Both the position numbers and the translations under genes were made by a program. Below the pieces are notes generated by a model, which worked only from the letters and a program-made list of their open reading frames with translations, was not told the DNA's origin and searched no databases. DNA of 22,602 bases from Candidatus Asgardarchaeum abyssi (GTDB taxonomy: Archaea; Asgardarchaeota; Asgardarchaeia; Asgardarchaeales; Asgardarchaeaceae): NCBI GenBank assembly GCA_040225955.1, contig JBECUL010000035.1, positions 1 to 22,602 on the forward strand, in the 5' to 3' direction. Shown in pieces: positions 16,821-22,602 of this stretch (positions are counted from its first letter, which is position 1; every line of letters starts with the position of its first letter).

Positions 16821-19800
16821 ATGGTAATAAAATATGCAGAGAAGGCATGGGATGATGAGCAAGTACTAGAGCTACTTAGTCCTCTAATGCGTGATTGGTT
16901 TAAATCAAAATTTAAATCTCTTACTCCACCGCAAAGATACGCAATACCTCTAATTCATGATGGAAAGAATGTTTTAGTTTTTAGTCCTACTGGAAGTGGT
17001 AAAACTCTCTCAGCCTTTCTAGCAATTTTGAATGAATTGTATATACTTGGTATTGAAGGAAAACTTGAAGACAAAGTTTATTGTGTTTACATATCCCCAC
17101 TTCGCGCACTTTCCAATGATATTAGAAGGAACTTAGAAGAGCCTCTTCGCGAAATGACAGAGCTCGCAAAGAAAAAGGGATATCCCGAACCAAAAATCAG
17201 AATAGCTGTCAGAACTGGAGATACGACACAAAGTGAAAGAGCAAAAATGGTTAGAAAGCCTCCTCATATTTTAATAACCACTCCCGAATCTTTAGCAATA
17301 GTTTTAAATGCACCAAAATTTAGTCGTACTCTTTCTGATGTTAAATGGGTAATTGTAGACGAGGTTCATGAACTTAGTGATAATAAAAGGGGGGTTCACT
17401 TAAGTTTAAGTTTAGAAAGACTTCAGTATTTAGTTGGTGATCGCGAATTTGTACGTATAGGACTTAGCGCAACCCAAGCTCCTATTGAGGAAATTGCAAA
17501 ATGGTTGGTTGGGTATAGAGATGATGGTCAGTTAAGAGATTGTATTATTGTGAATGTTTATTTCACTAAGAAGTTAGATATTCGAGTTTTATCTCCTGTT
17601 GAAAATTTACTTGGGGCATCATTTGAAGATGCTACCGAGCAAATGTATCACTTGATAAAAAAGTTAATCGAAGAGCATAGAACGACACTTGTTTTTACAA
17701 ATACTAGAAGTGGTACTGAGCGAGTTGCTTTTAAATTACGTGAGCTTTTTGGTTCAAAATATATTGATGCATTAGGTGCTCATCACGGAAGTTTAGGGCG
17801 TTACACACGACTTGAGGTAGAAGAAAAACTCAAACGAGGCGAAATGAAGGCTGTCGTGACAAGTACAAGCCTCGAACTTGGGATAGATATTGGTTATATT
17901 GACCTTGTAATACAAATTGGTTCACCAAAAAGTGTAGCTAAGGGTCTTCAGAGAATTGGAAGAGCTGGACATGCTCTTAATAAACCATCTAAGGGGAGAC
18001 TTATTGTATTTGAAAGAGATGATTTGATTGAGTGTGCAGTTTTAACTAAAGCAGCTTATGAGGGACGTATAGATAGAGTACAAATTCCTAAGAATGCTCT
18101 TGATGTTCTTGCTCAACATATAGTCGGTATGAGTCTTATGAAAAAATGGCGTGTTGATGAAGCATACAACTTAATAAGAAGGTCTTATTGTTATCATAAT
18201 CTGCCTTTTGAAGATTTCTTAAATGTTCTTAAATACTTGGCTGGTCATTTTGCAGATTTAGAGGATAGGCAAGTATATCGTAAAATATGGTTCGACATAG
18301 AAGATGGTGTATTTGGTAGGAAACGTGGAAGCAGAATGATCTACTACCTTAATTTAGGTACGATTCCTGACGAAGCCGAGTACACAGTAATACTTGAAAA
18401 AATAAATAGGCCTCTTGGCAATTTATCAGAGGGATTTGTTGAACGCTTATCGCCCGGGGATGTCTTTGTACTTGGTGGAAAAACATACATATTTAAAAGA
18501 ACAAGCGGGACGCGAGTAATTGTAACTTCAGCTAAAGGTAGGAGACCAACTGTCCCATCATGGGCTGGTGAAATGTTACCAAGGAGCTTTGATTTGTCAA
18601 TTGAAATAGGTAAGTTCAGAGAAATGATGGAACGACTAATTAGAAGTGGGACTCCTGAGGAAGAACTAATCAACTGGTTAATGGAAGATTATCGTGTTGA
18701 TAAAAATTCTGCGAAAAGCATAATTGAGTATTTTAAAGAGCAAATAGCTGTTGCTGATATAGTTCCTACACATAGACGTTTAGTCATTGAAGAATACTAT
18801 GACATGAGAGGGCGTCAGAACATCATATTTCATGCGGCATTTGGAAGAAGAACAAACGATGCTTTAAGTAAAGCTTATGCGTACCTAATATCGAAGAGAA
18901 TACGAGGAAACGTTGCTACATCCCTAACAGATAATGGATTTATGCTAACATTGCCTAAGGATAAGTATTTTGATATTAAAGAAATTCCAAATCTCTTAAA
19001 ATCCGATGAATTACGAGATGTACTTAAAGCAGCAATCTATAATACAGAGTTGTTTAAGCATAGATTTCGTCATGTTGCATCAAGGAGCTTTATGATTTTA
19101 AGAAAATATAAGGGGCACTCAATTTCAGTAGGGCGACAACAGCTTCGCTCTCAACAAGTGTTAAATTTTCTGTTAAAGAAGTATCCAAACTTCCCCGTAC
19201 TCATTGAGACCTTCAGAGAGATATTAGAAGATCATATGGATGTTCAAAATGCTGAGAAGGTACTAAAATGGATTGAAGACGGAACTATAAGTGTTGAATT
19301 CCTATATAGTGGAAATGTTCCATCGCCATTTGCACATTCTATAATATTAGTAGGGGCTGAAGATGTTGTTATAATGGAAGACCGTGATGCATTACTTAGG
19401 GAGTTACATAGAAAAATTGTTGAAAGAGTAATTTCACGAACCATGGAACAACGACCTATGTATTCCACAAAGTCCGTTGAACGATTGGTATCTTTACGAC
19501 AGCATACTGCTGATGAAACAAAGGGCAAATCTAAGGAGGACATTATTAAAATTCTAAAAGATGTAGGCCCACTTTATATATTCAGAGAGCGTAAACCATC
19601 AATCTTTGAACGTATGAAGGTAGATAAAGACATTATTATAAAATGGGGTCTTGAGTTGCTTAAAGAGAAAAAGATTATGAGCATTAGATTACCAAAAGGG
19701 GACTCTATGTGGATTTCTCTTGAGGATTTCCCTATATATTATCCTTCAATGAATAAAGATTTTATTATTGACCCTCTTGCTGAGAAAGTTTTAAACTACT

Positions 19801-22508
19801 TAAAGAAAAAAGGTACAGCGACAACAAAGGAGCTCATGAGTGAGTTTAAAGTAAAATTCTCAGATTTGAGATTAAGTTTAAAGGTATTAGAACAGAAGTA
19901 TTTAATATGTAAGGTAGGATTTGTTGAGCGAGAGCAAGAAGAAAGCATGGTATTATGGAGTTTAACATCTAATTATGTTCCTAGGGATCTATACAATATA
20001 GCTACTAAATTATCCGAGTCTGATGCCTTAAAGAAATTGATTGTGAGGTACCTGAAAGCACATGGCCCTTCTACGCCTGAAGAAATCTCCTCATTCACAG
20101 GTCATCCTGTTGCTTACATAGAAAACTTACTCAATGAGCTTGAACGTGATGGTATAATTTTAAGTGGATATTTCTATCCGCTTAAAAAGCCTCCTCAATA
20201 CATTTGTTATCATGATAAGGAAGTACTTGACTCTATAGAAAATATATCACATGGAAAACTTACATATCCCGAACAAGTAATTAGAGAATTTGTCTTGCAG
20301 AAACAAAGATTAAGAAAAGAACGAAGACTAAATGGTTCACATCATGACATATTACAAATATTAGAAGAACTGGGGCCTGTTGAAACGGAACGCGCATTTT
20401 TAGTTCGGTTGCGATATTTTTCCCATAATGATATTCTAAAGCTCCAAGAGCAACGAAAAATAGTTTATGCTAGAGGTTTAGGTAGACGTTTAATGTACAT
20501 GTTACCAAAACATTTAGCATTAATTAGGAATGTCTATAAGTCGAATTATGAACTCACAAAAAAAGAGAAGGACGTACTCCAGCTAATAAAAGAAAGGTGG
20601 CCTATCTCAAGAGCTGAAATTGCTAAATTATTAGGATTAAGTCACAATGAGGTTAGGCGAATCACTGAAGTTCTTGAGAAAGAATATTATATAGTTCGTT
20701 GGATTCCTGAGACTCCTAGAAGCACACATCTAAGATATATACCCATAGATATATTTATTGATTCCTCTGAGAGTAAAACATCTGCCACTGATGTCATAGA
20801 GGAGTTAGTTTTTAATATAATAAAGTGGCACTCTCCAATTCCAAGAAGTGCAATCAAATGGGTTTTAAAAATACCTATGTATGAGATTGATTATGCGTTA
20901 AATAAACTATTACATGAAAAGAAAATAGTAGTATTGGATCTTACTAATGTGTATATGGAAGAAGTATACATGCTTTCTGATGAGTTAAAAAAGCTTGATG
21001 AGCTATATAAATCATATCTTGCGGGAGATATAAAGATAAAGCTTAATGAAATTATTATACCAAGCATGTTTGATCCTTATTCTTTAAGAGGAATAAAGCA
21101 AGAGATGAGAGAGTCCTATGATGTAGAGTGGGCATCACCAATAATCCTTGATGGTGAATTAGTTGGCTCTATAGAGTGGACTGTACGAAAGGAAACTCTT
21201 TACGTACAAAACTTGCAATATAACATAAAGTTGAAATCAGAAAAATTACTTGAGAAGGTTATTAATGAGATAATGCGAATTGCGAGATTCTATAGTGTGC
21301 ACTTTCTGCAGATAGAAAATATTAATTCGACACCTATTTCTAAGGTAGATGAAAGTATTAAGAATATATTTCTTAATAATGGGTTTAAAGACTTCGTTGA
21401 TTATCTTTTAATTGGTTTGGGTTCCATTGTAACTTTTGAAAGACGTGTAATTCAGAATTGGCTAATTCGCCATTTTCATCTGCATCCAGATACTCGATTT
21501 AAGGGAGTTGAAGGTATAGAGAAGCTTGTCAAACACTATTTTAGAGCTTGGCTATCATGTATTTTTAAAACCGTGAATAACGTAACTTCTGACGATATAC
21601 TTGGTCTAATAAAAAATAAGAAATTGGTGTACTTCCAGAGTAGTTTAATTCATATGGATGATTTACCATTATGGTATCACACATTCCATGACATTAAGAC
21701 TCTCGACTCAAGAGATATGAAGATTGTTGAAATTGTGAGAAAAAATCAACCAATTACACGTAAAAAACTTCTTGAAAAATTACCAGAAATAACATCTACT
21801 GAATTAAATGAAAGACTTAAAAAACTAGTGAACACGTTTCAGTTAGTTAAAGTACTTCAAAATAATTTGCAGGATTATCTTTTATACACTTTTGATAAGT
21901 GGATTCCATCAGATATTCAAGAAAGAATATTATCTATTTCGAGAGAGGAAGCAATAAAGAAGTATGTATATAGGTGGGTAGACTCCTTAGGTCTCGTAAC
22001 AACAGAGCAACTATATTTCTGGTCCTACTGGCCATTCACTACAAATAAACTTAGAGACATATTGCAATTATTAGAGAGTGAAGGAAAACTAATTTCAGGG
22101 AAATTCATTAAAGATTCAGAAACTATATTTTACATGACAAAAGATAATTTTGATAGTCTTTGTAAATTCGCTAAGTATATTCACGACGTTGGTTATGAAA
22201 AATATTTTGCAGAAGATATAGTTTTTCTCGAATACGGTTATACAAGGCTTGAATACTTCTTCGGAAAGGAAATTACTGAAAATTTTGGTAATCCTCAAGG
22301 ATGGCTAGTTTTCATCAATGATATGCCTGTTGCTACCGTTGTTTCTAAGCGTAGAAAACCAATATACATAATAGAGGAACTTAGAATACTTAATGAATAT
22401 AATAAAGAAAAATATCTAAACAAAATAATTAAAGAGATAGAAAGGGATGCTTTATCAAAGGGCTTTACGAAAGTAGTCATAAATAGCATCGAGCCAATAA
22501 AAAGATAA
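16821..22508 (+). CDS. lhr: Lhr-family SF2 ATP-dependent helicase with ~1000-aa C-terminal winged-helix (AlkZ/HTH_42-like) repeat extension
   Basis: LTPPQ, SPTGSGKT, YISPLRAL, DEVH, SAT, FTNTR, HHGS, TSLELGIDIG and QRIGRAGH, followed by Lhr WH and domain 4 (GTIPD, PSWAGE, PSPFA) to ~aa 870. RBS GGGTGA at 16811-16816. Confidence 0.95.
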   Translation: MVIKYAEKAWDDEQVLELLSPLMRDWFKSKFKSLTPPQRYAIPLIHDGKNVLVFSPTGSGKTLSAFLAILNELYILGIEGKLEDKVYCVYISPLRALSNDIRRNLEEPLREMTELAKKKGYPEPKIRIAVRTGDTTQSERAKMVRKPPHILITTPESLAIVLNAPKFSRTLSDVKWVIVDEVHELSDNKRGVHLSLSLERLQYLVGDREFVRIGLSATQAPIEEIAKWLVGYRDDGQLRDCIIVNVYFTKKLDIRVLSPVENLLGASFEDATEQMYHLIKKLIEEHRTTLVFTNTRSGTERVAFKLRELFGSKYIDALGAHHGSLGRYTRLEVEEKLKRGEMKAVVTSTSLELGIDIGYIDLVIQIGSPKSVAKGLQRIGRAGHALNKPSKGRLIVFERDDLIECAVLTKAAYEGRIDRVQIPKNALDVLAQHIVGMSLMKKWRVDEAYNLIRRSYCYHNLPFEDFLNVLKYLAGHFADLEDRQVYRKIWFDIEDGVFGRKRGSRMIYYLNLGTIPDEAEYTVILEKINRPLGNLSEGFVERLSPGDVFVLGGKTYIFKRTSGTRVIVTSAKGRRPTVPSWAGEMLPRSFDLSIEIGKFREMMERLIRSGTPEEELINWLMEDYRVDKNSAKSIIEYFKEQIAVADIVPTHRRLVIEEYYDMRGRQNIIFHAAFGRRTNDALSKAYAYLISKRIRGNVATSLTDNGFMLTLPKDKYFDIKEIPNLLKSDELRDVLKAAIYNTELFKHRFRHVASRSFMILRKYKGHSISVGRQQLRSQQVLNFLLKKYPNFPVLIETFREILEDHMDVQNAEKVLKWIEDGTISVEFLYSGNVPSPFAHSIILVGAEDVVIMEDRDALLRELHRKIVERVISRTMEQRPMYSTKSVERLVSLRQHTADETKGKSKEDIIKILKDVGPLYIFRERKPSIFERMKVDKDIIIKWGLELLKEKKIMSIRLPKGDSMWISLEDFPIYYPSMNKDFIIDPLAEKVLNYLKKKGTATTKELMSEFKVKFSDLRLSLKVLEQKYLICKVGFVEREQEESMVLWSLTSNYVPRDLYNIATKLSESDALKKLIVRYLKAHGPSTPEEISSFTGHPVAYIENLLNELERDGIILSGYFYPLKKPPQYICYHDKEVLDSIENISHGKLTYPEQVIREFVLQKQRLRKERRLNGSHHDILQILEELGPVETERAFLVRLRYFSHNDILKLQEQRKIVYARGLGRRLMYMLPKHLALIRNVYKSNYELTKKEKDVLQLIKERWPISRAEIAKLLGLSHNEVRRITEVLEKEYYIVRWIPETPRSTHLRYIPIDIFIDSSESKTSATDVIEELVFNIIKWHSPIPRSAIKWVLKIPMYEIDYALNKLLHEKKIVVLDLTNVYMEEVYMLSDELKKLDELYKSYLAGDIKIKLNEIIIPSMFDPYSLRGIKQEMRESYDVEWASPIILDGELVGSIEWTVRKETLYVQNLQYNIKLKSEKLLEKVINEIMRIARFYSVHFLQIENINSTPISKVDESIKNIFLNNGFKDFVDYLLIGLGSIVTFERRVIQNWLIRHFHLHPDTRFKGVEGIEKLVKHYFRAWLSCIFKTVNNVTSDDILGLIKNKKLVYFQSSLIHMDDLPLWYHTFHDIKTLDSRDMKIVEIVRKNQPITRKKLLEKLPEITSTELNERLKKLVNTFQLVKVLQNNLQDYLLYTFDKWIPSDIQERILSISREEAIKKYVYRWVDSLGLVTTEQLYFWSYWPFTTNKLRDILQLLESEGKLISGKFIKDSETIFYMTKDNFDSLCKFAKYIHDVGYEKYFAEDIVFLEYGYTRLEYFFGKEITENFGNPQGWLVFINDMPVATVVSKRRKPIYIIEELRILNEYNKEKYLNKIIKEIERDALSKGFTKVVINSIEPIKR

Positions 22509-22601
22509 ATTTCTTATTTCTTCTTGTAACTTTCTAATTAGGCGCAAAAGATAAGTGGCCCGTGGATGATTATTTTCTTGGCGATTAATAATGAGACGGA
22601 G
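22455..22601 (-). CDS. Possible 3' end of a convergent gene truncated by the window edge
   Basis: An open minus-strand frame reads LRLIINRQENNHPRATYLLRLIRKLQEEIRNLSFYWLDAIYDYFRKAL* and would overlap the lhr end by 54 nt. Other frames with earlier stops cannot be excluded. Confidence 0.3.
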   Translation of the reverse strand, partial: LRLIINRQENNHPRATYLLRLIRKLQEEIRNLSFYWLDAIYDYFRKAL

Positions 22602-22602
22602 A

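Noticed and set aside
4195-22489. Other short opposite-strand ORFs nested in ACD, the 8189 gene, hxlA, the GltD-like gene, AAA, the 433-aa gene, the methyltransferase, MPE and lhr
   Set aside because: All are essentially nested antisense frames with S/I/F/L-biased composition and no domains.
16821-22508. Intein or missed stop/frameshift as the cause of Lhr length
   Set aside because: The helicase motifs are contiguous, there are no intein splice or LAGLIDADG motifs, and the extra length is one continuous C-terminal wHTH-rich frame.
1-22602. CRISPR array, tRNA/rRNA, IS or integrase
   Set aside because: I saw no regularly spaced repeats, cloverleaf-length GC-rich segments or transposase/recombinase motifs.

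Overview
AT-rich archaeal chromosomal segment with GGTGA/GAGGTG ribosome-binding motifs and tightly packed genes. The gene set suggests a probably thermophilic TACK/Asgard-type lineage (inference only). In order: 3' end of a roadblock/LC7 gene, AMP phosphorylase, free-standing PheRS B3/B4 protein, an orphan membrane gene in a long intergenic stretch, an operon of ADP-forming acyl-CoA synthetase, a Pta-N/DRTGG protein and a degenerate GT2, an orphan acidic protein, a coupled XPF(ERCC4)-sirtuin pair, hexulose-6-phosphate synthase and a GltD-like flavoprotein. Two divergent operons follow. Leftward: NSUN6-like m5C RNA methyltransferase -> 433-aa apparent pseudo-AAA protein -> COG1223/PRS2-like AAA+ protein with a degenerate Walker B and an HbYX-like tail. 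Rightward: metallophosphoesterase -> 1895-aa Lhr helicase whose C-terminal ~1000 aa appear to be three tandem AlkZ/YcaQ (HTH_42)-like modules. These two operons are the best candidates for undescribed biology. I saw no tRNA, rRNA, CRISPR array or mobile element. All family assignments are by-eye motif recognition; no searches were run.
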